IMG/VR virus record: IMGVR_UViG_3300021066_000068
Coordinates: 46,135-110,134 of that record
Length of the DNA stretch: 64,000 nt
Direction: 5' to 3' (one strand)
Source of the DNA: a virus
Lineage: Duplodnaviria; Caudoviricetes
The number at the start of each line of letters is the position of its first letter. Position 1 is the first letter of the stretch. The position numbers were made by a program, and so were the translations under genes. Of this stretch, positions 8,793 through 16,834 are shown one piece after another. The notes beneath the pieces are model-generated. The model had not been told where the DNA came from, did not search any database, and saw nothing but the letters and a program-made list of their open reading frames with translations.

Positions 8793-9287
8793 TTAGACGC
8801 CGTACTTCTTGATCTTCTCTAAACGGCCTTTGCCGCCTCCGGCACCGGCATCCATTTTCACCGAACCACCCGAGGCCCGCATGGGCATACCGGGGCCTGG
8901 AGGCGGAGGGGGCGGCATCGGCGGCCCGGCATTGGGCATCGGCGGGGGCGGACCACCAGGACCCATCGGAGGACCACCCTCTTTTCCGGCCATGATGATG
9001 ATGTTGATGTCGGTCTTGCCGTTGCCCTTCTTGTCCTTGCCCTTCATTTTGCGGCCGGGCTTATCGAGGCTTGGGGGCGCGGCGTCTTCATCGGTGGCTG
9101 CCGCTTCCAGGCCCTCGGCCTCATCGTCCTCGTGGTCGTCATCGAGCAACCCGCCATCGGCACGGCATACCTTGCCGCCCTTGGCGTATTTGTTGCGGGC
9201 GCCGGGGCCCGAACCCGGGGAGCCACCGTACTTGGAAAGGAGGGAGCGGTTGCCCATCGAGCCTTTGCGGGCGATATCGTAAGCCAT
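8793..9287 (-). CDS. Gly/Pro-rich low-complexity internal virion protein
   Basis: Three AxGG(x)V-type motifs and a poly-Pro tract; AAGGA RBS. Confidence 0.7.
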   Translation of the reverse strand: MAYDIARKGSMGNRSLLSKYGGSPGSGPGARNKYAKGGKVCRADGGLLDDDHEDDEAEGLEAAATDEDAAPPSLDKPGRKMKGKDKKGNGKTDINIIIMAGKEGGPPMGPGGPPPPMPNAGPPMPPPPPPGPGMPMRASGGSVKMDAGAGGGKGRLEKIKKYGV

Positions 9288-9332
9288 TGGCGGTGTTCCT
9301 TGATCTGGCTAATTGCCGAAATCCTCGGCAAT

Positions 9333-9509
9333 TCAATGAGCGCTGGCGCGCCCGTTCGACGCCTTACCTGTGCTACCCGAAATGTGCCCCGACTTGATGT
9401 AGTCCACGAGGTCGTCCGCCTGCTCCAGCACATCGCGCACGGTCGTGGGCTGCATGCCCTCCATGACGAGACGCACGCATTCCATGCGGATGTGGGTGAG
9501 GAAATCCAT
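9333..9509 (-). CDS. Hypothetical protein
   Basis: 58 aa MDFLTHIRMECVRL...DLVDYIKSG, read manually; GC3-biased codons. Confidence 0.5.
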   Translation of the reverse strand: MDFLTHIRMECVRLVMEGMQPTTVRDVLEQADDLVDYIKSGHISGSTGKASNGRASAH

Positions 9510-9559
9510 GAGTTCTGCCCCCGGGTCGAACCGTTCAGGGCTAGGAGTATAAGGTGATT

Positions 9560-9718
9560 CTACCCTTTCGGTTCACGTGGGGTCCGATGACGACGCACAA
9601 ACTCGGTCAGCGCTTTGTCGATGACATACGATAAGGTGCGCCCATCCGCCTTGGCGATCTTGGCCAGCTTGGCTTTGAGTTCGGGATTTAAGCGGAACGA
9701 ATAGAGCGGCGTAACCAT
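9560..9718 (-). CDS. Ribbon-helix-helix DNA-binding protein
   Basis: YSFRLNPELKAKLAKIAKADGRTLSYVI. Confidence 0.8.
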   Translation of the reverse strand: MVTPLYSFRLNPELKAKLAKIAKADGRTLSYVIDKALTEFVRRHRTPREPKG

Positions 9719-9939
9719 GCTCCGACCTCCCAGTGGTTCCAGATGGCGCACAGATAGAGACCGCTAAAGGTGGGCGTTAAGGGCAGTAAACCCCAGTGGC
9801 CGTTGTGTATGACGAGGTAGAGCCAGCAGGGCTGGGCGGCGAGCCCGAACAAGCACCCATAGCGGCGCCAGTCCTGGCGTGGCCAGTAGGCCAGCGCCAG
9901 GGAGGTGAGCGAGAGACAGGAGATGAGATATTCGATCAT
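9688..9939 (-). CDS. Small membrane protein (PnuC-like half-transporter type)
   Basis: Three hydrophobic helices, GLAAQPCW...WGL. Confidence 0.5.
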   Translation of the reverse strand: MIEYLISCLSLTSLALAYWPRQDWRRYGCLFGLAAQPCWLYLVIHNGHWGLLPLTPTFSGLYLCAIWNHWEVGAWLRRSIRSA

Positions 9940-10139
9940 CAGAACCCATTGCGCTTGGTGAGACAAATCTGCGAGCAGCCGTTCTCGCGCACGGTGTGGC
10001 GCTCGTAAATTATGTCGCCCCCGGCCTCCAGGAACTCAGCCTCATCCACTTCGACGATCTCAACAACCGCGAACTCGTCATCGCCTTCTTCATCGCTATA
10101 GATGAAAAAGCGAACCGGAATGTTTTCAAAACCCTTCAT
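9939..10139 (-). CDS. Acidic hypothetical protein
   Basis: 66 aa, translationally coupled to its neighbours. Confidence 0.55.
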   Translation of the reverse strand: MKGFENIPVRFFIYSDEEGDDEFAVVEIVEVDEAEFLEAGGDIIYERHTVRENGCSQICLTKRNGF

Positions 10140-11065
10140 GCAGCCTCGCAGAGTGTGTAGAGATCAGCCAGAGTTGCCTGCTCGCGGGGCACTCCGGGCA
10201 TCTCGTTGGGGCGGGCAAAGAGGGGTGGGCGGATATTGCGACCCTCGGCCTCGGCGCAGTCGATCAGCGCCTTGAGAACGCGGGTCTGCTCACGCTCGAT
10301 GCGGGCGTGACGAGCCTTGTCGAATGAGCCTGAAGCGTCAAACAGCGGCCCGCTACCTTCCCAGTTGATGCGATCACCACCCCACGGGGTGGAATACTTG
10401 ACCTTGCAGGGCTTTTCCCGGAAGGTGGCGAAGTACTCCTTGGCCATCTGTGCGGTCGGGAAGCGGTAACACCGGCTCTCGTCGCGCACGTCGAATGCAT
10501 AAGCGGCACCGTCGATACACGCCTCTACGCTGTAGTGCTTGGCTGTTACATGGCCGCATGGCCGATGGCGCCAATCCCAGCGGTCGTCCTTCATGATCGG
10601 CAGGGGGATGTCGATCTGGTTGGCGAGCCGGGGAACGCAGCGGCGCGCCAGGGCGACGCCCTCCAGCCATTCGACCCCATTGCCATCCGAGCTTACGGAG
10701 CACGATTTCACTTCAAGAGAAGCGAGGTAGGCGAGAACGGCGGTCACCGCCACGTCATAGGGCTTGCGGGCCGTCTTGCAGAAGTCCCAGCCGCGCCGCT
10801 TGTTCCAGCGCTTATCTTCCTCGGTCAAGGGCGGGACGGCGCGCTGGAGATGCACAGCCTCGTGGCTGTCCTCACCAATGCCGTTGAACAGGATCGTATC
10901 TCCATCGATAATGGGGGCGGTCCCTGGATCGCCCATCCCATTGCCGAGGGGAATGCCCTGGACGTGCTGCGCGTCCTTTAAGATGGCACCGATGTCTTCA
11001 CAGATTTGCGTCCACTCGGCTTTGGAGTAGCGCAGCGGCTGCGTCCAATAGTGCGTATAGCCCAT
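10136..11065 (-). CDS. Conserved phage protein (MGYTHYW / FCKTARKPYD family)
   Basis: MGYTHYW start, WDFCKTARKPYD and VSSDG motifs. Confidence 0.7.
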   Translation of the reverse strand: MGYTHYWTQPLRYSKAEWTQICEDIGAILKDAQHVQGIPLGNGMGDPGTAPIIDGDTILFNGIGEDSHEAVHLQRAVPPLTEEDKRWNKRRGWDFCKTARKPYDVAVTAVLAYLASLEVKSCSVSSDGNGVEWLEGVALARRCVPRLANQIDIPLPIMKDDRWDWRHRPCGHVTAKHYSVEACIDGAAYAFDVRDESRCYRFPTAQMAKEYFATFREKPCKVKYSTPWGGDRINWEGSGPLFDASGSFDKARHARIEREQTRVLKALIDCAEAEGRNIRPPLFARPNEMPGVPREQATLADLYTLCEAA

Positions 11066-11091
11066 CGTCGATCTCCGGTTGGGTTTGAATG

Positions 11092-11280
11092 CTATTTGAT
11101 CGGTTGCCACGTTGTATAGCCGTGGCGCTCATCGCCCTGCGCTTTGCACTTGTCGCAGAAGCCAGACTGAAAGCCGTTGTCCTTGGTCCCCAGCCACGTC
11201 GCGGGCTTGCCGCACTCGTGGTTGAAGGTCCCGTAATTGGCGTTGTGGCATTTGCCGTCGTTTGCATAGGTCATAGCCAT
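11092..11280 (-). CDS. Small Zn-finger-like protein
   Basis: CH...ECGKPA...FCDKC; AAGGAG RBS. Confidence 0.6.
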   Translation of the reverse strand: MAMTYANDGKCHNANYGTFNHECGKPATWLGTKDNGFQSGFCDKCKAQGDERHGYTTWQPIK

Positions 11281-11319
11281 CTCCTTGAATGCTGTATTGA
11301 TAGCATCACCCATCTCCAC

Positions 11320-11336
11320 TGTCAATACAGTTGACA
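11320..11336. promoter_or_regulatory. Back-to-back -35 boxes of divergent promoters
   Basis: TGTCAA-TACAG-TTGACA between divergent gene groups. Confidence 0.5.
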
Positions 11337-11486
11337 TACAGGTTCGGATGCGCTAGGGTGGCTTTATTGAGCGATTGGAGCCACCCATGAACATGACCCG
11401 CGCCGCGCCGCCGCCCAGTTCGTGCTGCGCCGCTGGAAGGCCTACGCCGCCGCCTGCAACAAGGCCCGCGACCGGAGATTTGCCCG

Positions 11487-11729
11487 ATGACCCTCGAAAC
11501 CGACCTCACCCAGTTCACCGGCACCGCGCGCGTGTATGGCATCATCTTTGTGACCGCCACCGCCAAGGATGGCAAGGCCGACCTCGTGGCTTTGCGCGAC
11601 AAGGGCCTGCCGCCGCTGTGGCAACGCCATATCGACTTCACCGACCTCCCCACGGGGGAGTGGCCCCTGTGGATGGCGGATGGGGGCCCGGAAGGCGCCC
11701 TCGTCATTATGCTGCCAACGGAGTACTGA
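11487..11729 (+). CDS. DUF6876-like protein (short)
   Basis: DLTQFTGT...IDFTDLP...MLPTEY. Confidence 0.55.
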   Translation: MTLETDLTQFTGTARVYGIIFVTATAKDGKADLVALRDKGLPPLWQRHIDFTDLPTGEWPLWMADGGPEGALVIMLPTEY

Positions 11730-11732
11730 GCC

Positions 11733-12041
11733 ATGGGAAGGTCTATCGCTGAAGCCACTATCCACACCCGAAAGTGGGCGTCTATGGCCGAGGTCAAGGC
11801 GGCGCACGCGGCGCGGAAGGTGGGCAACCACTGGTTCGAGAAGGACACGATGCGCTTCTTTCACTCGCGCATCGAAAGCGGCATCATCCGCGGGCGTTAC
11901 TTCATCACCTCCGAGGTCAACCCCTCCGACGAAAAGCGCTATTCTGTCCGCTACGTGACCGATGACGCTGAGATCGAAACGTTGGGCGAGTTCCACTCCT
12001 ACAAAACCAAGGAAGCCGCCAAGAGGGCCATCCCGCTCTAG
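11733..12041 (+). CDS. Conserved phage protein
   Basis: HWFEKDTMRFFHSRI...YFITSE motif. Confidence 0.7.
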   Translation: MGRSIAEATIHTRKWASMAEVKAAHAARKVGNHWFEKDTMRFFHSRIESGIIRGRYFITSEVNPSDEKRYSVRYVTDDAEIETLGEFHSYKTKEAAKRAIPL

Positions 12042-12042
12042 C

Positions 12043-15000
12043 CTACTCCTCGACCCTTCCGCCGAACATGCGCTTCACGAGCCCTAACGCTCTTTCGATA
12101 ATGCCGCGGTTGATCGCCTCCTCCCGACTGATGCCCTTGCGGCCCTCTTCCCAGGTCCACTCCGGCATCAGCCCCGCCTTCTGATCGGCAAAGATGGTAT
12201 CGGCGGCCGAGGCTTTGCGGTTGGCCTCTCCATGGGGGCCATAGTTGAGCCAGTTGTTCTGGCCCCTAAGCTCGGTGGTCATGGCGCCCCGGGCCTCCGG
12301 GGAATACATGCCTGAATGGATCATCCAGGCCCGCTCTTCGCCCGGCGCCCGGAAGAACGGGTTGCCATAGGCATAGTGCCCATAGGCGTCATGCACCGCC
12401 CGAAACACGTCATTGACGGTCGCCGGGTTGTCGCCGAACTTGATGTCCGTGCCCTTGAGCAGGGGATTGTTGGCAACTTCCAGGGGGGAGAACCCACTGC
12501 CGTAGCCTTCCGCGGTCGGGAAGATCGATAAGGAGCGCTCATCGCGTAGCTCCGGGTAGCCCATAGCCGGAGAGGCCGCATAGGGATCGACGCCGCCTTC
12601 GTTAAAGCGGAACTCGGCGCCTGCGTCCTTGAGGAACTTGTACTGGGCCAAGGTTTCATCGGCCAGGGCATCGTAGGCGCGGCGCACCTCCGGGTTGGTA
12701 GGATCGTGCAGCATCTCGTCATAGGCCTGGGCAATGCGCTTGGCCCGCTCCACGTCAATCGGGGCAAAGGCCTCGGGAAGCTCGTGCGGCACGCCGCGGG
12801 CGCGCATATAGGCCGTCGCCGCATCGACCAGCCAGGGGATGGGCTTGGCCTCTACTTCACCGTGCCCGGGGATTTTGACCGATGCAGGGATACCAGGGAT
12901 TGGAGCGTACGAATCGTCGGGCCCACCCGGCTCCGCCAGCCGTCCACTACCACCCGATACTCCCGCTCGCTCTGGCCCCTCGCCCGGACGGGCGCCTGGG
13001 CCAAAATCGCGTCCAACTGCCGCTGGTAAAACATCGCCTGATCCATGAGGGCCAGTATAACCTTCTCTTTGGGCCGTGGCCAGCACACTGGGAAGGGCGG
13101 CCTCTTTAGGATTGGCAAAGAGGTGGGTTTCGCCGTTGATCACCCGCTTCAGCAAATCTTCCGGGTCGATGCCGCGGGTTTCCGCGTTATCGCGCAGCCG
13201 CTGCTCGAAGAGTTCCATAAAGGTTGAGGGCGGGGTTTTGACGCCGGTCTTTGACGCCGCCCCATACCATGCCGCGGCTTGCGCCTGCCCGGGGGACAGA
13301 TCGAATTTATCGGCCGCCTTGCGGAAGGGCTCCTGGGCGTATTTGTATTCCCCTTTGGTAGGCCGTGACCACCAATAGGTGGGCTGGTTCTGTAGCTCCT
13401 TCATGGGAAGCTCGCCCGACTCCAGCATTTCGCGCGGCGAGAATGATTCATACCACTGCGTGTTGGGGTCGAAATAGCGCACCGCATTCTGCACAAAGCG
13501 CGGGTCTTCCGTGGCCATCGCCAGGGCTCTTGACGCATGGCTGTCGATCACCGGATTGGATTGATCTCCGGCGAGCGAGCGGCCAAAGTATTCGGTCTTC
13601 GGCGCGTCAGGCGGCCCGGCCTTCTGCCGCTGCACCCCCGCAATGGCGTCGCCCCATTTCTTGCTTTGCGTTTGCGCCCGGTTGACGCCCTTTTTGGATT
13701 TGAGAGCCGCTTTCTCACCCGCCACTGGAACCTCTGGCAGGTCAAAGGGCATGTCGTCGAAATGCGCCGCGCCCGCCGACAGGGAGCCCTTGGGGCGGGC
13801 AAATCCCGCCGCGCCGAGGGTGATCAGGCTGGCCAAAATGTCGTCCCCGGGCTGCGGGGGCTCGCCGCGCTCAAACCGTCCCCAGGCCTCCTTCGCCTGG
13901 ATGGCAGCGGGTGGCCACGCGAGGTGGGGCGAACCCTCCTCATCATGACCAACTGGAAGCATCGGCGCCACGAGATCACCGAACACCTTGCGGATATACG
14001 GCAAGGCAACCTTCACGCCCCAGCGGGCGGAGCCAGGGAACGGCGCATTGGGATCATCGGGGGTTTCGGGAGGCGTATACTCCCAGGGGGTGTTGGCCTC
14101 TTCCCAGGTTTCCTCTTTCTCAACAGCGCCACCATCGGCCTTGCCTTCGCCGCTCCTCGGCTGTGGGTAGCGGACCATCGTGCCGTTAGGCTCTAACTGA
14201 TACCCGAAAGACCCATAGAGGCTTCGCAGCCGGGACGGCTCCATATCGGCATCTCCGCGCGCAATAAGACGCGACGACAAGCCCGCCTTATCCAGGGCCG
14301 CCGTGAACGCCTCAAGAGCCTTCGTGGCCGAGCCCTGCCCGCGAAGCGCCTCCGGGGTGCCGAGCGAGGTCAACTCCACCTCGCCATCCCCGGTGAGGTA
14401 CGACAAGGATGTGTTGCCGATATCGACAGAACGTGACTGTCCGGGCGAGAAATCAAAGTTCCCCACTTCCGAAGGCTGCTTATCCTTCCCCACACTCATC
14501 TGTGGTCCACCATACTTCTCACTCAGTATCTGCCGGGCTGAAGGCACGTCTTCGGTCTCCCAGGGCGGAGTGAGTTTGCGGTCTTCCGGTGACATCAATC
14601 TACGGGCTTGGACATTGCGCGCCTCGACCTCGCCCGCCGCCCGCTGATAGGCGTCGAAATTATACTCGGCCATGGCCTGCTCTTCCAGGCGGAGGATGCG
14701 GTCCCATTCCGCCATGGCTTCGCCGGAGCGCACATATTCTGGATCGCTGAATACGCGCTGCGCGTGGTTCTCCCGCATCTGCTTGATGATCGGGTGCCGC
14801 GTCAGGGGTGCATTCTTGGGCATCGTTTCGGGGTTGGCGCCAAGCGCAAAGCCTTCCTTCTCCTGCACCAAGTGCTGGAGTTCATGCAGCCCTGTGGACT
14901 TGGCATCGGGCGGTGTCAGCGCTTCATTGAGAGCCACGACCTTGCGCCCATCCTTGGTCAGCCCAATCGCCCCGCGGGTTTTCGGATCGGTGAAGGCGCC

Positions 15001-15663
15001 CATCGGCATAGCCATGGGCCCACGGGGATAGGCCGCATCGAGTTTGTCGTGATAGAAGATATCCCCGACTTGTGGTGCAGCATCCAGCTTATCGACCGCC
15101 GCGTCATAGCCGCTGCCGAAGTTCGGCGCCATAGCGGGCTTGCCTTCCTGCTTGGGAGGAAACCAGTCCTTGACGTTATGGATGCCCATGTCGTTGTCCG
15201 GGATTTCGAACCGCCACTTTCCATCCTTCCCCTGGAACCAGCCGGTCTCCTTCCAGATCGCATCGCGTCCCGCTCCCGCCTTGGCAAGCTCTTGGGCGCG
15301 GGCCATCATGGTGAGGTCGGCGGTTCTCGCCCCGGGGCCAGCGAAGATGCCGAGGGCCAAAGGAATGCCGGTCTCGGCTGCCTTCGCCCATTCGCCCTCC
15401 TGGCCATGCCCGTAGGTTTCGGCGAGGAGTTGCCCCATGCCATAGCCGCCCATGGTGGGGGAGAGGACTTCGGCATTGGCGGCGGTGAACTTATCTCCCA
15501 TCCCGGCCACGGGGCGCTCGGGGAGGTTTTCGATGGCGCCCTGGTAAAGGGAGGGATCACCGGGAAACGGGCGCGGCGCGGCTAGGCGCTCGGATTCCTT
15601 CGCCTGCACCGCATCGGCGTAGTGCTTGGCCAACGTCCGCTTGATAATGTCGTCGTCGGCCAT
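12043..15663 (-). CDS. Large polyvalent (ejection) protein: LPD23-like domain, HExxH zincin, GNAT and further domains
   Basis: IWKETGWFQGKDGKWRFEI; LHELQH...GEVEARNVQAR; RGQGSA...LYGSFGY; VIDSH...QAQAAAW; FRAVHDAYGH...GEERAW. Confidence 0.8.
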   Translation of the reverse strand: MADDDIIKRTLAKHYADAVQAKESERLAAPRPFPGDPSLYQGAIENLPERPVAGMGDKFTAANAEVLSPTMGGYGMGQLLAETYGHGQEGEWAKAAETGIPLALGIFAGPGARTADLTMMARAQELAKAGAGRDAIWKETGWFQGKDGKWRFEIPDNDMGIHNVKDWFPPKQEGKPAMAPNFGSGYDAAVDKLDAAPQVGDIFYHDKLDAAYPRGPMAMPMGAFTDPKTRGAIGLTKDGRKVVALNEALTPPDAKSTGLHELQHLVQEKEGFALGANPETMPKNAPLTRHPIIKQMRENHAQRVFSDPEYVRSGEAMAEWDRILRLEEQAMAEYNFDAYQRAAGEVEARNVQARRLMSPEDRKLTPPWETEDVPSARQILSEKYGGPQMSVGKDKQPSEVGNFDFSPGQSRSVDIGNTSLSYLTGDGEVELTSLGTPEALRGQGSATKALEAFTAALDKAGLSSRLIARGDADMEPSRLRSLYGSFGYQLEPNGTMVRYPQPRSGEGKADGGAVEKEETWEEANTPWEYTPPETPDDPNAPFPGSARWGVKVALPYIRKVFGDLVAPMLPVGHDEEGSPHLAWPPAAIQAKEAWGRFERGEPPQPGDDILASLITLGAAGFARPKGSLSAGAAHFDDMPFDLPEVPVAGEKAALKSKKGVNRAQTQSKKWGDAIAGVQRQKAGPPDAPKTEYFGRSLAGDQSNPVIDSHASRALAMATEDPRFVQNAVRYFDPNTQWYESFSPREMLESGELPMKELQNQPTYWWSRPTKGEYKYAQEPFRKAADKFDLSPGQAQAAAWYGAASKTGVKTPPSTFMELFEQRLRDNAETRGIDPEDLLKRVINGETHLFANPKEAALPSVLATAQREGYTGPHGSGDVLPAAVGRDFGPGARPGEGPERAGVSGGSGRLAEPGGPDDSYAPIPGIPASVKIPGHGEVEAKPIPWLVDAATAYMRARGVPHELPEAFAPIDVERAKRIAQAYDEMLHDPTNPEVRRAYDALADETLAQYKFLKDAGAEFRFNEGGVDPYAASPAMGYPELRDERSLSIFPTAEGYGSGFSPLEVANNPLLKGTDIKFGDNPATVNDVFRAVHDAYGHYAYGNPFFRAPGEERAWMIHSGMYSPEARGAMTTELRGQNNWLNYGPHGEANRKASAADTIFADQKAGLMPEWTWEEGRKGISREEAINRGIIERALGLVKRMFGGRVEE
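12852..13046 (-). CDS. Putative overprinted ORF nested in an alternate frame of the polyvalent protein
   Basis: TGGCCA-17bp-TATACT-7nt-ATG; 64 aa MDQAMFYQRQLDAILAQ...; coincides with a Gly/Pro/Arg linker of the host frame. Confidence 0.5.
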   Translation of the reverse strand: MDQAMFYQRQLDAILAQAPVRARGQSEREYRVVVDGWRSRVGPTIRTLQSLVSLHRSKSPGTVK

Positions 15664-15688
15664 GGCCAAGCACCTTGTGCAGAAAGGA

Positions 15689-16063
15689 TTAGCCGTCGTA
15701 CCCTACAGCACCGGTAAAGACGGTTGAGGAGGCGTCGCCCCGGGTCAGAGTTACGGTGCCGCCCGGAGGGCTCTCGCCGCACGGCAGCTTCTGGCCACCG
15801 AGATCGTATTTGGCCACCGTCTTGCCTGCATCGTTCATCAGGTAGACCACGCCACGACAAACGCTTACCAGCGTTCCCCCGAATCTATAGAGGTCGTCGT
15901 CTTTCTGGGCATTCGGACGGCTTGGATGGTGAAAGCGGACCTCGCCCTGGCACCCGCGGTGCGATGGGCTGCCACTGCTCCCCATTCGCGGATCGTAGCT
16001 CGCCTCATAAACTGGGAACACCATTTCCGTTCCGTCAACGTCTTGGTATTTAACCGTTAGCAT
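15689..16063 (-). CDS. Hypothetical protein
   Basis: 124 aa, AGGAG RBS, VYLMNDAGKTVAKY. Confidence 0.65.
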   Translation of the reverse strand: MLTVKYQDVDGTEMVFPVYEASYDPRMGSSGSPSHRGCQGEVRFHHPSRPNAQKDDDLYRFGGTLVSVCRGVVYLMNDAGKTVAKYDLGGQKLPCGESPPGGTVTLTRGDASSTVFTGAVGYDG

Positions 16064-16171
16064 CTGCGTAGCTCCTAAGTTCTGTCTGGGTTCTAAAGGT
16101 CTAAACGCTTGGACGCTACGCTTACGAAGTTAGGGTTGACAGGGCTCGCCTATCGAGGCTCACCCTTGCGC

Positions 16172-16429
16172 TCAAGCCGCGCGGCTCGTGGCACCCACCT
16201 TCAAAAGTGCCTTCATCTCTTCATAGGTTTTGGTGATGCGGAAGACGCCGCCCCGGTCCACCATATGCACCTCACTCCAGTCGAAGGGCCCAAACTCATA
16301 CCGCCGCACCCAGCCGACGTATTCGGTGTTGATGACCACGGGCTGGCATATGGTATCCTCACGGCGGCGCGGGTCATGCTTAAACCAATCGTCGCCCACT
16401 TCCACAAAGCTCTCTAACTCGATAAGCAT
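16172..16429 (-). CDS. Hypothetical protein
   Basis: 85 aa ORF coupled to the upstream ORF. Confidence 0.55.
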   Translation of the reverse strand: MLIELESFVEVGDDWFKHDPRRREDTICQPVVINTEYVGWVRRYEFGPFDWSEVHMVDRGGVFRITKTYEEMKALLKVGATSRAA

Positions 16430-16742
16430 CACTGAACACTCTCGGCATCCGCCTTACCCAAGGCATACATGGCGGTTTCGGCGTTGAAGGCAGGCTTGTG
16501 CTGCGCATTGGCATCACAGGAGATGTTGAGACCACTGAGATTGCCCATGTGGGCTTGGTTGTTTAGAGTGCCGCCCATGGCGCCACACCAAAGGCCCGAC
16601 GATCCTTGGTAAACCCCGCCGGCGGCTTGCCATCGATCTCGGCTACTCTCGCCTTGATCCGCTCCCACTGCTTTTCGGAAGGAACGCCCTCCAAGGCCTC
16701 GGTAAAGCCATCGAACCATGCTTTGAATTCACTCGGCGTCAT
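16429..16742 (-). pseudogene. Hypothetical phage protein, apparently frameshifted
   Basis: MTPSEFKAWFDGF... (GGAG RBS) stops at 16563; the -1 frame continues to ...AMYALGKADA and couples to the next gene. Confidence 0.4.
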
Positions 16743-16834
16743 GTGATTGATCTCCCCGCTTCCACACCATGGGATTAGAGACTTAGACGGTCCCGCCACT
16801 TGTCGCGAGAGCCTTGACTGAAACAAAGCTTACG

